From the IMG/VR virus record IMGVR_UViG_3300011339_000564, positions 14,318 through 78,317 of that record: a stretch of 64,000 nt of DNA. One strand, given 5' to 3'. A program made the translations under genes and the position numbers. Of the stretch, positions 17,748 through 26,936 are shown one piece after another (positions within the stretch are counted from its first letter, which is position 1; each line of letters begins with the position of its first letter). Under the pieces are notes generated by a model. It was not told where the DNA came from. It saw nothing but the letters and a program-made list of their open reading frames with translations, and did not search any database. This DNA is from a virus. Taxonomy: Duplodnaviria; Heunggongvirae; Uroviricota; Caudoviricetes.

Positions 17748-18319
17748 AAATAGGTTTATCAATGGAGATGACCCGCAAGTTGCGTGATACGTGGCATGCG
17801 GCTATCAATTACGAATGGTATGACTTTTTATCAGAGCATGATACTGTTCCTTTATCCTGTCATGGAAAAGTTCCGCAGACAGATGAGTTTGACTTAATCA
17901 TATTGGCAGGTGGTAATGACATGCACGGCATTAAAACATGGCGTGACAATCATTATCCAATACGTGACCACTATGAGCATAGTTTGATTCAACAATGTTT
18001 GTTAACTAACACCCCTGTTGCTGGCATATGCAGAGGAGCTCATTTTATCAATCATGTTATGGGTGGCACACATAAGTTAATGGATCACCCATACGACAAT
18101 GTTAAAGTTCAATTGCCTCAGTTTGAAGTAACTTGCCATCACACAATTCAACTTGATACATTAGCTCCTGGCTTTGAAGTGTTACAACAAGATAAAAATG
18201 GTATTGTTGAATTAGCAGTAAATAAATCACAACGTATGTTAGGTATTGGTTGGCATCCAGAACGTGAAGTTAACAAACATACTAGACAATACATTTTAGA
18301 TTTGATTAAGGACTTATGA
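17744..18319 (+). CDS. Class I glutamine amidotransferase / peptidase C26-like
   Basis: GICRGAHFIN is the nucleophile elbow (GxCxG). GIGWHPE holds the catalytic His. Confidence 0.7.
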   Translation: MKIGLSMEMTRKLRDTWHAAINYEWYDFLSEHDTVPLSCHGKVPQTDEFDLIILAGGNDMHGIKTWRDNHYPIRDHYEHSLIQQCLLTNTPVAGICRGAHFINHVMGGTHKLMDHPYDNVKVQLPQFEVTCHHTIQLDTLAPGFEVLQQDKNGIVELAVNKSQRMLGIGWHPEREVNKHTRQYILDLIKDL

Positions 18320-18936
18320 AATACATATTTGTAGCAGGTGCACCGGGCAGTAAGTGGAGTAGTGTGGTAAAGAACATTTACTATAGCCCTAGTGTTGACC
18401 AATCAGACTATAGTGATGATAGAACATATTATCACGATGCCAGTGGTAAGTTGGAGTTGATGCATCTAGGTGCATACTATGATCCTGGTATGGAGTTTGG
18501 TAAATTGTTTCACAGACTACCTATGTATGACAAAGAAACATTAGAACGTGACTTTGATGAAGCATTTACTGGTGAAGGTGTTCGTATTATTAAGTCACAC
18601 GTGTTTAGTAATCACATTGACTATATCAAAGAAACATGGCCTGAATGTCCATTAGTTCTGGTGCATCGTCCCGATGACGCATGTTTAGGATGGTGGGTGA
18701 AGTGCGGGCATTTCAACATCACATACCCTGACTATAGTGAATATTATCAGAACTTGAAAGTAATGGCTGAAAAGATTAAAGAACAGAATCAGGGTATTAT
18801 CAAAGCAACATATAAGTATCCAGGTCGAGCACCATTAACTAATCACATGCTGTGTAAGATGCTAAATATAGAACTACCACCGAGTGAGTATGAACAAAAT
18901 TACGGTGTATCAAACATAAGGGTAACAGTAATATGA
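18316..18936 (+). CDS. Sulfotransferase-like P-loop protein (tentative)
   Basis: GAPGSKWSS (like the 5'-PSB loop), IIKSHVF (like K-[ST]-H) and LVHRPDDACLGWW (like the 3'-PB RxxxD) resemble sulfotransferase motifs. Confidence 0.35.
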   Translation: MKYIFVAGAPGSKWSSVVKNIYYSPSVDQSDYSDDRTYYHDASGKLELMHLGAYYDPGMEFGKLFHRLPMYDKETLERDFDEAFTGEGVRIIKSHVFSNHIDYIKETWPECPLVLVHRPDDACLGWWVKCGHFNITYPDYSEYYQNLKVMAEKIKEQNQGIIKATYKYPGRAPLTNHMLCKMLNIELPPSEYEQNYGVSNIRVTVI

Positions 18937-19619
18937 TAAGCAGTTGGGAACAAAGTAAGAAAAAAAGTAATTATCATTTTGATAATTTCAAAAATGATTT
19001 ACAAGTTGACAAAGTAACTAAGTTGGGTAAGATAGTTGCAGACTACAGTGAGGATGTTAAACATGCAATAGAATCTTCAAAGCCAGCAACATGGCGTACA
19101 CGTGGTGCAGTGGGTAAAACAAGACCTGAAGAAGAATTAGCCGCAGAAGACTATGATTTGGAACAATTTGGTTATGGTAAAGATTATCAAATCACTCACT
19201 TAAATTGGGAAATAACTCCTAACTTGAAAAAGATTAGTGATTTGTTCGGTCTATCAGATTGCATGGAACGTATACATGTTCAAAAGCCCGGTGAAGTTTG
19301 GAATCTGCATTTAGATAAATTAGAGAAGTGGGCACCCGATTCACCTTGGACAGTCATGCGTGTGCAAGTAGCATTGACTGATTGGGAGCAAGGTCATTTC
19401 TGGAGTTATGGTAATTACAATCATCAGCAATGGCATGCAGGCGATGTGACAACATTTGACTGGCATAATTTACCACATTGTACTGCAAATGCAGGACATA
19501 ACCCTAGAGTCACGTTTCAATTAACTGGTGTTATTACTGAAAAAACTAAAGAGTTTTTAAGTAGATTAAAGAGATTTGATAATTATACCTTGAATTTGTC
19601 AGAGAATTCTTGGTTCTGA
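18933..19619 (+). CDS. Cupin-type Fe(II)/2OG dioxygenase, Asp/Asn beta-hydroxylase (LpxO/AspH)-like (tentative)
   Basis: KPGEVWNLHLD (HxD), W.AGDVTTFDW..LPHCTANAGHNPRVTFQL matches the AspH family pattern. Confidence 0.45.
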   Translation: MISSWEQSKKKSNYHFDNFKNDLQVDKVTKLGKIVADYSEDVKHAIESSKPATWRTRGAVGKTRPEEELAAEDYDLEQFGYGKDYQITHLNWEITPNLKKISDLFGLSDCMERIHVQKPGEVWNLHLDKLEKWAPDSPWTVMRVQVALTDWEQGHFWSYGNYNHQQWHAGDVTTFDWHNLPHCTANAGHNPRVTFQLTGVITEKTKEFLSRLKRFDNYTLNLSENSWF

Positions 19620-19712
19620 ACACACCTTAGGACCGGTACTTGTTACCGCGGTGTAGCCGGCTGCTGGCTTGACGTATGAATTCGCTACTCAGAAGTCTAA
19701 AGTGAGCTTTAA

Positions 19713-19721
19713 TGATAAATA
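19713..19721 (+). promoter_or_regulatory. TGATAAATA motif (candidate late promoter element)
   Basis: Exact 9-mer 20 nt upstream of the ATG at 19742. Confidence 0.3.
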
Positions 19722-19741
19722 GTATACAAAGGACATTTATT

Positions 19742-19981
19742 ATGAAAGAACATATCTACACATCATCCAAAGGAGAGAGTTTTTTATCATGGGATGATTG
19801 GGCACTCCAAACACTAAACGAAAGTGATTTGAGTGTTTATCTTAGCCCCCAAGTAGAAGGTTCAACATTATCTGCTGATAAATTGGCTTTATATGCACGT
19901 TGGGTAGACGAAGAACAAATATTAACACACGTTGTTAAAGAAGATGATGTTATAATACAACAATCAAATGCACTCAAGTAA
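19742..19981 (+). CDS. Hypothetical protein
   Basis: ORF MKEHIYTSSKGESF... The alternative ATG at 19712 lies inside the TGATAAATA motif, so the downstream start is preferred. Confidence 0.5.
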   Translation: MKEHIYTSSKGESFLSWDDWALQTLNESDLSVYLSPQVEGSTLSADKLALYARWVDEEQILTHVVKEDDVIIQQSNALK

Positions 19982-20540
19982 TTTTATTACAGAATCTGCC
20001 GTAGATGAGTTAGCAAAAAAACTACCCTCATTGACTAAACACGACTATGATACCATTGATACATTAATGAGAAGTATTGCCAGTAGACATAGCATGAGTG
20101 GTAATGCATTACATGATTTGTTTGTAAAAAAATATAAAAGAACACCCGATAACTGGATTAAACATAAATTAGACGAAGGTGATGATTCAGATTTGCAACA
20201 AGAAGTTGATAAATTCTGCGATTGGGCATGTAAACGATTGCATATAAAATCTAAACCTGAAATTGAACTCAGTATGGATACTGAAGAAGCACAAAATAAT
20301 CATCATACAGGTGGTCATCAAATGGGCGCTGATAGTATTTGGGTATATGTAAATAATCGTAACCTAGTTGATATACTACGCACAGTATTTCATGAATTGG
20401 TTCATGTGCGCCAAGGTGAATTAGATATGATTAAGCCGGGTGATAGTTACCCAGGTAGCCCAATTGAAGCAATGGCAGATATGCTTGCGGGCAAATACAT
20501 CAAAATTTATGGTGAACAGAACCATCATATCTTTCAATAA
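19968..20540 (+). CDS. HExxH metallopeptidase-like protein with a CTS-like N-terminus
   Basis: The FHELVHVRQ HExxH motif and the N-terminus MHSSNFITES (compare MRAKEFITEG at 41773). Confidence 0.5.
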   Translation: MHSSNFITESAVDELAKKLPSLTKHDYDTIDTLMRSIASRHSMSGNALHDLFVKKYKRTPDNWIKHKLDEGDDSDLQQEVDKFCDWACKRLHIKSKPEIELSMDTEEAQNNHHTGGHQMGADSIWVYVNNRNLVDILRTVFHELVHVRQGELDMIKPGDSYPGSPIEAMADMLAGKYIKIYGEQNHHIFQ

Positions 20541-20560
20541 TTGATTATTTGTGCTATAAT
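20532..20560 (+). promoter_or_regulatory. Extended -10 promoter (TGcTATAAT); leaderless transcript predicted
   Basis: TGCTATAAT at 20552-20560, a weak -35 TTTCAA at 20532-20537, and the ATG at 20567 six nt after the -10. Confidence 0.45.
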
Positions 20561-20566
20561 GCACAG

Positions 20567-21163
20567 ATGATTAAGATTACAGTTCCATTACCCAAACAAA
20601 TTACTGTTGCATGTAGCGGCGGTGTTGATAGTATGGCTGTAGTTGACTTTCTAAGTCGCAAACACGATGTAACTATTGCCCATTTTAATCATAGAACACA
20701 AAACGGTGAACGTGCCGCCCAATTTGTTTCTGGGTATTGTGGTGATAATAATATTCCTATGCTATACGGATCACCTCGCAGTGAACGCGGAACAAAAGAA
20801 TCAATGGAAGAATATTGGCGCAGAGAACGATATGAATTCCTAAGCGAATTAGGACCGGTCATCACTTGTCATCATCTGGATGACTGTGTTGAGACATATG
20901 TTTGGTCTAGTTTACATGGTACAGCCAAAGTTATCCCACTCACTCGCAAAAATGTATTGCGCCCATTTTTAACTACACGTAAGAGTGAATTTGTTCGATG
21001 GTGTGAACAACATAAAGTTCCTTGGATTGAGGACGAATCAAACAAAGATACCAAATACACAAGAAATTACATTCGCAACGAAATGATGCCACATATATTG
21101 AAAGTCAATCCGGGCATTCATACTTTGGTCAAGAAGATTGTAGAAGGTAAGCAAAATACTTGA
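20567..21163 (+). CDS. tilS: TilS-like PP-loop ATPase, catalytic domain only
   Basis: ACSGGVDSMAVV PP-loop, HFNH, RRERYEF, CHHLDDCVETYVW, LRPFL, WIEDESN..TKYTRNYIRNEMMP. Together these match the N-terminal domain of tRNA(Ile)-lysidine synthase. At 198 aa it lacks the C-terminal tRNA-binding domains. Confidence 0.7.
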   Translation: MIKITVPLPKQITVACSGGVDSMAVVDFLSRKHDVTIAHFNHRTQNGERAAQFVSGYCGDNNIPMLYGSPRSERGTKESMEEYWRRERYEFLSELGPVITCHHLDDCVETYVWSSLHGTAKVIPLTRKNVLRPFLTTRKSEFVRWCEQHKVPWIEDESNKDTKYTRNYIRNEMMPHILKVNPGIHTLVKKIVEGKQNT

Positions 21164-21188
21164 CTTCTCTACGCAAGCCAAGTACAAT
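21160..21188 (+). promoter_or_regulatory. sigma70-type promoter TTGACT-17-TACAAT
   Basis: The -35 at 21160-21165 contains the tilS-like stop TGA (21161-21163). The -10 is at 21183-21188. AAGGAG RBS precedes the ATG at 21212. Confidence 0.55.
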
Positions 21189-21211
21189 AACTAATTATTT
21201 AAGGAGAAACT

Positions 21212-21478
21212 ATGTCAGATTATAACAGAACCTTTAACGGTGAGGCAAAAATTAAACTAACTCAACTAGTAAATGAGGGCATGACAGTCCTACATGAGAT
21301 TGATACATTGAATGGTGGATTGAATGACACTATTAAAGCAGTCGCAGAAGAACTTGAAATCAAGGCTTCTACTTTGAAGAAAGCAATTAAAATTGCTCAC
21401 AAAGCAAGTCTCGGTCAGACTAACAAAGACCACGATGAACTCAACACTATCTTGGAAACTGTGGGCAAAACACTTTGA
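21212..21478 (+). CDS. Hypothetical protein
   Basis: 88-aa ORF with a strong AAGGAG RBS, immediately upstream of the polymerase gene. Confidence 0.6.
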   Translation: MSDYNRTFNGEAKIKLTQLVNEGMTVLHEIDTLNGGLNDTIKAVAEELEIKASTLKKAIKIAHKASLGQTNKDHDELNTILETVGKTL

Positions 21479-24183
21479 GTTACGTTGACGCTATTCATAG
21501 TAGGGATGAAGACCGTATCTACGTGGTAGAACGTGATAAGAATGGCGTACGCCAGTATAAAGAATATCCTACTAACTATGTGTTGTATTACCCTGACCAC
21601 AAGGGTAAACATCGTAGTATCTATGGCAATCCAGTTAGTCGTTTCAGTACACGCAAACGCACCGAGTTTGAAAAAGAAAAGCGCATCCACTCAGGTAAAA
21701 CATTGTTTGAATCTGATATCAATGTAGTCTTTCGTTGTCTAAGCGAAAACTATCTTAAAGTTGATGCACCTAACCTTCATACTTGCTTCTTTGACATTGA
21801 AGTGGACTTTGATCCAGTCAAAGGATTCAGTCCTACAAGTGATCCATTCAATCCCGTAACTGCTATCAGTTGTTACTTAGATTGGCTTGACCAATGTATT
21901 ACATTAGTTATTGCTCCTAAGCACATGACCACTGAGACTGCGTGGGAAATAGTTAGAGAGTTTCCTAATTGTTTTCTTTGCAATAACGAAAAGGAAATGT
22001 TTGATACATTCTTTGAATTAATTGAAGATGCTGATGTATTAACTGGCTGGAACTCAGAAGGATACGATATTCCATATATGGTCAATCGTGTTACTAGAGT
22101 AATGAGTAAAGATGATACACGCAAGTTTTGCTTGATGGGTCAGCTTCCTAAACCTCGTGAGTACGAACGATTTGGTAAGAAAGAAATGACTTACGATTTA
22201 GTCGGTAGAATTCACCTTGACTATTTACAACTTTACAAAAAGTATAACTATGAATCTCGACATTCATATAAGTTAGATGCTATCGGTGAGATGGAAGTTG
22301 GTGAAAACAAAACACAATATGAAGGTACTCTTGACCAGTTGTATAACAAAGACTTTAAAAAGTTCATTGAATACAATAGGCAAGATACAATGTTGTTGGT
22401 GAAGATTCACAACAAACTTAAGTTTTTAGAATTAGCTAATCAACTTGCACACGAAAATACAGTACTGCTTCCAACAGTAATGGGTTCAGTGGCAATGATT
22501 GAGATGGCAATTTTTAATGAGGCCCACGAACGTGGGTTAGTTGTCCCAGATAAAAAACGAAAGGTTGAAAATGCAGAAGAAATCCAGCAGGCAGCAGGTG
22601 CCTATGTTGCTACGCCCAAAAGAGGTATGCACGAATGGGTCGGCGCCGTCGACATTAACTCGCTCTATCCCTCGGTTATTCGTGCCGTCAACATGGGAGG
22701 AGAAACGATTGTCGCACAAGTCAGACAAACATTAACCGATCACTACATAAAAGAAAAGGGTCGTAATCTTGCTGAAGGAAAGAAATATTTCAAAGAAGGT
22801 GATGAAGATGTGACTGGTGCTATATTATGGGAGAACTTGTTCGGCTCATTAGAATATACTGCTATTATGAACCAAGAGCGTGGCACAATGCTTACTGTAG
22901 ATTACGAAGATGGTCGTAGTGAAGAAATGAGTGCGGCAGAAGTATGGAAGATGATTTTTGATAGTCACAAACCCTGGATGCTCTCTGCAAACGGAACAAT
23001 CTTCACATATGAAAAAGAAGGTGTTGTTCCTGGTCTACTCACACGCTGGTATACAGAACGTAAAGTAATTCAAAAACAAGCAAAAGAAGCATATGGCACA
23101 GATATGTATGATTATTACGACAAGCGACAACTAGTTCGTAAGATTTTATTGAACTCCGCGTATGGTGCATTGTTGAACGAACATTGTCGTTTCTATGATA
23201 AGCGCATTGGTCAAAGTGTTACATTGAGTGGGCGTCAAATCGTGCGACACATGATGAGTACAATCAATGAATCAGTAACTGGTGATTATAATCACGAAGG
23301 TCCTGCAATTGTTTATGGTGATACTGACTCATGTTATTTCACAGCATATCCTATTCTTAAACAGCAAATTGAGAGTGGCGAACTAACTTGGGATAAAGAA
23401 ACTTGTATCGGATTGTATGATGGCATCGCTGACCAAGCTAATGAATCGTTCCCTGCATTTATGGAACGTGCATTTCATGCACCTCGCAAGAATGGTGAGA
23501 TTATTAAAGCTGGTCGTGAACTGATCGGTGATCGTAGTATCTTTATCACTAAGAAACGTTATGCTATTAACATCTTTGACAAAGAGGGCAAGCGTAAAGA
23601 TAAAGACGGTGCTCTTGGTGATATCAAAGCTATGGGTCTTGACTTGAAACGTGCTGATACACCTAAGTATGTACAAGAATTCTTAATGGATGTGCTTGAG
23701 ATGGTTCTTCAACGAGGTAAAAATCGTGAGGATGTAATTGAACGTGTTAAGGAATTTAAACGTGTTATGGTAGCACAGGACAGCTGGACTAAAGGTTCTC
23801 CTAAATCAGTTAATAATTTAACTAAGCATACACAAATATTTGACAAAACAGGTAAGTGTGGTGTTGGTCACGCACGTGCCGCAATCAATTGGAACTATCT
23901 ACGCAGAATGAATGGGGACAACTACAGTCAACAAATTGTTGATGGTATGAAAATTATTGTATGTAAACTTAAATCTAACCCATTAGGCTTTAATAGTATT
24001 GCTTATCCGGTTGATGAATTACGATTGCCTACATGGTTCAAAGAATTACCATTTGACGATAGTGCAATGGAATCAACATTGGTTGATGAAAAGATTGACA
24101 ACTTGCTTGGTGTTCTTAATTGGGACATTAAGAGTAACATTGATGTTAAATCTACGTTTGATGACTTATTCAGTTTCGGTTAA
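21475..24183 (+). CDS. Family B DNA polymerase (T4 gp43-like)
   Basis: Exo I FFDIEVD. Pol motif A DINSLYPSVI, motif B KILLNSAYGAL, motif C YGDTDS. TTG start overlapping the upstream stop. Confidence 0.95.
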   Translation: MSYVDAIHSRDEDRIYVVERDKNGVRQYKEYPTNYVLYYPDHKGKHRSIYGNPVSRFSTRKRTEFEKEKRIHSGKTLFESDINVVFRCLSENYLKVDAPNLHTCFFDIEVDFDPVKGFSPTSDPFNPVTAISCYLDWLDQCITLVIAPKHMTTETAWEIVREFPNCFLCNNEKEMFDTFFELIEDADVLTGWNSEGYDIPYMVNRVTRVMSKDDTRKFCLMGQLPKPREYERFGKKEMTYDLVGRIHLDYLQLYKKYNYESRHSYKLDAIGEMEVGENKTQYEGTLDQLYNKDFKKFIEYNRQDTMLLVKIHNKLKFLELANQLAHENTVLLPTVMGSVAMIEMAIFNEAHERGLVVPDKKRKVENAEEIQQAAGAYVATPKRGMHEWVGAVDINSLYPSVIRAVNMGGETIVAQVRQTLTDHYIKEKGRNLAEGKKYFKEGDEDVTGAILWENLFGSLEYTAIMNQERGTMLTVDYEDGRSEEMSAAEVWKMIFDSHKPWMLSANGTIFTYEKEGVVPGLLTRWYTERKVIQKQAKEAYGTDMYDYYDKRQLVRKILLNSAYGALLNEHCRFYDKRIGQSVTLSGRQIVRHMMSTINESVTGDYNHEGPAIVYGDTDSCYFTAYPILKQQIESGELTWDKETCIGLYDGIADQANESFPAFMERAFHAPRKNGEIIKAGRELIGDRSIFITKKRYAINIFDKEGKRKDKDGALGDIKAMGLDLKRADTPKYVQEFLMDVLEMVLQRGKNREDVIERVKEFKRVMVAQDSWTKGSPKSVNNLTKHTQIFDKTGKCGVGHARAAINWNYLRRMNGDNYSQQIVDGMKIIVCKLKSNPLGFNSIAYPVDELRLPTWFKELPFDDSAMESTLVDEKIDNLLGVLNWDIKSNIDVKSTFDDLFSFG

Positions 24184-24191
24184 ATTGCTCA

Positions 24192-24220
24192 TTGACATTT
24201 GCAATAAATGCCATTATAAT
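24192..24220 (+). promoter_or_regulatory. sigma70-type promoter TTGACA-17-TATAAT
   Basis: TTGACA at 24192-24197 and TATAAT at 24215-24220, upstream of the ATG at 24265. Confidence 0.6.
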
Positions 24221-24264
24221 ACACAACATAACTACCTAAATAGTACTATACATAAAGGAAAAAC

Positions 24265-24993
24265 ATGAAAGACTATCTTAAAGACTTAATCGACCATACA
24301 CATGGTCTTGGTATTGATTTGATTAAAATCACAGGTACCGACACAGAAACACAATTCAATGCTATTGCAGAAGATAAAAGTGTTATTGTTAGTGGAACAT
24401 TTAAAAACCCAATTCACGATTTCATCGGTGTATTTGGTATGCCTAACTTAAGCAAACTAAAAACAATCGTTGGCTTTGATGAGTATGATGAACATGCTAA
24501 AATCAATGTGTCTAAAACACAACGTGACGGTGAAGATGTTCCCGGAGCAATTCACTTTGAAACAAAGGCAGGTGACTTCATTAATGACTATCGTTTGATG
24601 TATAGAACAGTTGTTGAAGAAAAGATTAAATCTGTTGGCTTTAAAACTCCACCATGGAACGTTAGCTTTGAGCCTACTATTGCTGGCATTCAACGTTTGA
24701 AAAAACAAGCAAGTGCTAATAGCGAAGAAGAACATTTTGTTGCAAAAACTGACGGTGATGACTTGAAATACTATTTTGGTGACCCATCAACACACAGTGG
24801 TAGTTTTGTGTTTCATCCACAAGTAGGTGGTACATTATCTAAGAGTTGGTACTGGCCTGTTAAACAGGTTATTGGCATCATGGATCTAGTCGGTGATAAA
24901 ATTGTTCGTATCAGTGATGCTGGTGCAACAGAAATTATTGTTGATAGTGGTTTAGCTACATATTGCTATAGACTCCCAGCACAAGCAAAATGA
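24265..24993 (+). CDS. Possible sliding clamp (gp45-like); otherwise hypothetical
   Basis: 242 aa, directly downstream of the polymerase gene. Size and beta-rich pattern fit a T4-type clamp, but no decisive motif was seen. Confidence 0.35.
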   Translation: MKDYLKDLIDHTHGLGIDLIKITGTDTETQFNAIAEDKSVIVSGTFKNPIHDFIGVFGMPNLSKLKTIVGFDEYDEHAKINVSKTQRDGEDVPGAIHFETKAGDFINDYRLMYRTVVEEKIKSVGFKTPPWNVSFEPTIAGIQRLKKQASANSEEEHFVAKTDGDDLKYYFGDPSTHSGSFVFHPQVGGTLSKSWYWPVKQVIGIMDLVGDKIVRISDAGATEIIVDSGLATYCYRLPAQAK

Positions 24994-25382
24994 TAGACTA
25001 TATACATGGTGGCGAGTATCTTAATGTTGTTAGTAACAAAGGTGCTCAGCCTTATATCAATATGAGTAGTACTCAGCCCATGATTGGTGCATTGTCTTAT
25101 GACCATAGTAGTCAACATATGAAAGTATATGATGGTAATGGGTGGATGACTATTGGCGGTGGCAGTGCTACTGTCAATCTAGCACCAAATGCTATCAATA
25201 TTTTAAAGTGGGCTGAACAGAAAATGCTAGAAGAAGCCGAGCGCAACAAATTAGCAGAAACAACCCCCGCTATTAGAGATTTGATGGACCAGATAAAAGA
25301 AAAAGAAGAACAGATAAAAATGGTCATGACTTTAATTAAAAGTACTGGTAATGATGCAATTAAACCCTCAATGGTACCCTAA
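24990..25382 (+). CDS. Hypothetical protein
   Basis: 130-aa ORF with ATGA/TAATG coupling on both sides. Confidence 0.55.
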   Translation: MIDYIHGGEYLNVVSNKGAQPYINMSSTQPMIGALSYDHSSQHMKVYDGNGWMTIGGGSATVNLAPNAINILKWAEQKMLEEAERNKLAETTPAIRDLMDQIKEKEEQIKMVMTLIKSTGNDAIKPSMVP

Positions 25383-26935
25383 TGGAACAAGATAATCTAT
25401 CAGCAAAACAAAACCCAGAGTGGGCATTGTTCTTACCCGCAGTTAGTAGTTTTTATATTAGTGGTTTGGGTAAGCAACGTAAAGGTGAGGAGTACTTTGA
25501 TAAGGCTCGTATCCCTACTCAGTTCAACGGTGATGTTGAGAAATTAAATTTCTTAAACAGTAGTGAAGGTCTCTATTATTATAAATGGGGCTTGTACAGT
25601 GCTGGTCACGCTAACTTAGATACTACTAAAGACGATGCTAGTGAATCAATCATTAGAGAACGTGAAGAAGGTACATTTATGTTGGGTGACAGTGGTGGAT
25701 TTCAGATTCTTAAAGGTCAATGGCCAGCAGACTGGAAAGATCCTAACTGCCCACGTGCTATGATTAAGCGTAAAGCTGTGTTGAATTGGATGGATACATA
25801 TATGGATTATGGTATGTGTTTAGATATCCCAAGTCAATCACTAACAACGTTTGGCATGAAAGATAAGAATGGTAATAGTCTGCATGGTATCAGTACTATT
25901 GAAGAAGCTATTACTGCCACTCACATTAACAACGAATACTTTATTAAGAATCGTAATGGGAAATGTAAGTTCTTAAATGTACTTCAAGGTCGTAATCATG
26001 GTCAGTCGGAAGACTGGTACAATGAAATGAAGAAGTACTGTGATCCAAACGTATATCCGGACAATCATTTCAATGGCTGGGCATTCGGTGGTCAGAACAA
26101 GATTGATGTACACTTGATGTTAACACGTATGGTTGATATTATCCATGATGGATTGTTGGTAGAAGGTAAACATGATTTGATTCATTGTTTGGGTACAAGT
26201 ATCTTAGAGTATGCGGTATTGTTTACTGATATTCAAAAAGCTATACGTAAATATCATAACTCAAAACTTCAGATTACATTTGACTGTGCTAGTCCATTTT
26301 ATAGTGCGGCTAAAGGATTAGCATATTTCAATACTAACATTGAGCATAATAAAAAATGGTCATACAGTATGGAAAAGACTGCTGAAAAGAAAAGTTATGC
26401 TAATGATACACGTAAATACCGTGATGCTGTGTTAGCAGAAGGCATCCATAAACTCTTTACAGATAGTCCAGTTACTGATAAACTACTACTTAAGGACATG
26501 TGTTATCGTGGTCAAGGGTTCATAGGACAACATGGTAAAGAAACTAAAACTAGTTGGGATACATTAAGTTACACATTGATTCAAAGTCATAATGTTTGGA
26601 TGCATATGAATGCAGTTCAAGAGGCTAATCGTCAATATGAAACAGGTATTACTCCTAAAATGCTTATTCATAAATTTGAAGGTAGTAAGTTTTTTGGTGA
26701 AATAGTTGATGAAATTTTCTCAAAGAAAACTAAACAAGAAGCTATTGACTTGATTGATTATCATCGTAGTTATTGGATGCAATTTCAATCAGGTAGTCAG
26801 GGTATTAGTGGTAAGCGTACAGTTAATGCTATGACAATGTTTGACCAATTATTTGAAGTAAATACAGATGAACCGGAAGTTGATGAAGTCATTGAGGACA
26901 GTGATGATGAAATTTTCAAAGTACTAGGAGAATAA
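25382..26935 (+). CDS. dpdA: TGT-superfamily transglycosylase, DpdA-like (DNA 7-deazaguanine insertion)
   Basis: GDSGGFQILKG and ITFDCASPF correspond to the two catalytic Asp motifs of tRNA-guanine transglycosylases (DSGGFQ, FDC). No CxCxxC zinc site was seen. 517 aa. Confidence 0.7.
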   Translation: MEQDNLSAKQNPEWALFLPAVSSFYISGLGKQRKGEEYFDKARIPTQFNGDVEKLNFLNSSEGLYYYKWGLYSAGHANLDTTKDDASESIIREREEGTFMLGDSGGFQILKGQWPADWKDPNCPRAMIKRKAVLNWMDTYMDYGMCLDIPSQSLTTFGMKDKNGNSLHGISTIEEAITATHINNEYFIKNRNGKCKFLNVLQGRNHGQSEDWYNEMKKYCDPNVYPDNHFNGWAFGGQNKIDVHLMLTRMVDIIHDGLLVEGKHDLIHCLGTSILEYAVLFTDIQKAIRKYHNSKLQITFDCASPFYSAAKGLAYFNTNIEHNKKWSYSMEKTAEKKSYANDTRKYRDAVLAEGIHKLFTDSPVTDKLLLKDMCYRGQGFIGQHGKETKTSWDTLSYTLIQSHNVWMHMNAVQEANRQYETGITPKMLIHKFEGSKFFGEIVDEIFSKKTKQEAIDLIDYHRSYWMQFQSGSQGISGKRTVNAMTMFDQLFEVNTDEPEVDEVIEDSDDEIFKVLGE

Positions 26936-26936
26936 T

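Noticed and set aside
20567-21163. The PP-loop ATPase, considered as the missing QueC of the deazaguanine pathway.
   Set aside because: Its motif series (HFNH, HLDDCVET, RPFL, WIEDESN, RNYIRN) matches the TilS N-terminal domain. It lacks the QueC C-terminal zinc-binding Cys cluster. It is kept only as a remote possibility in the findings.
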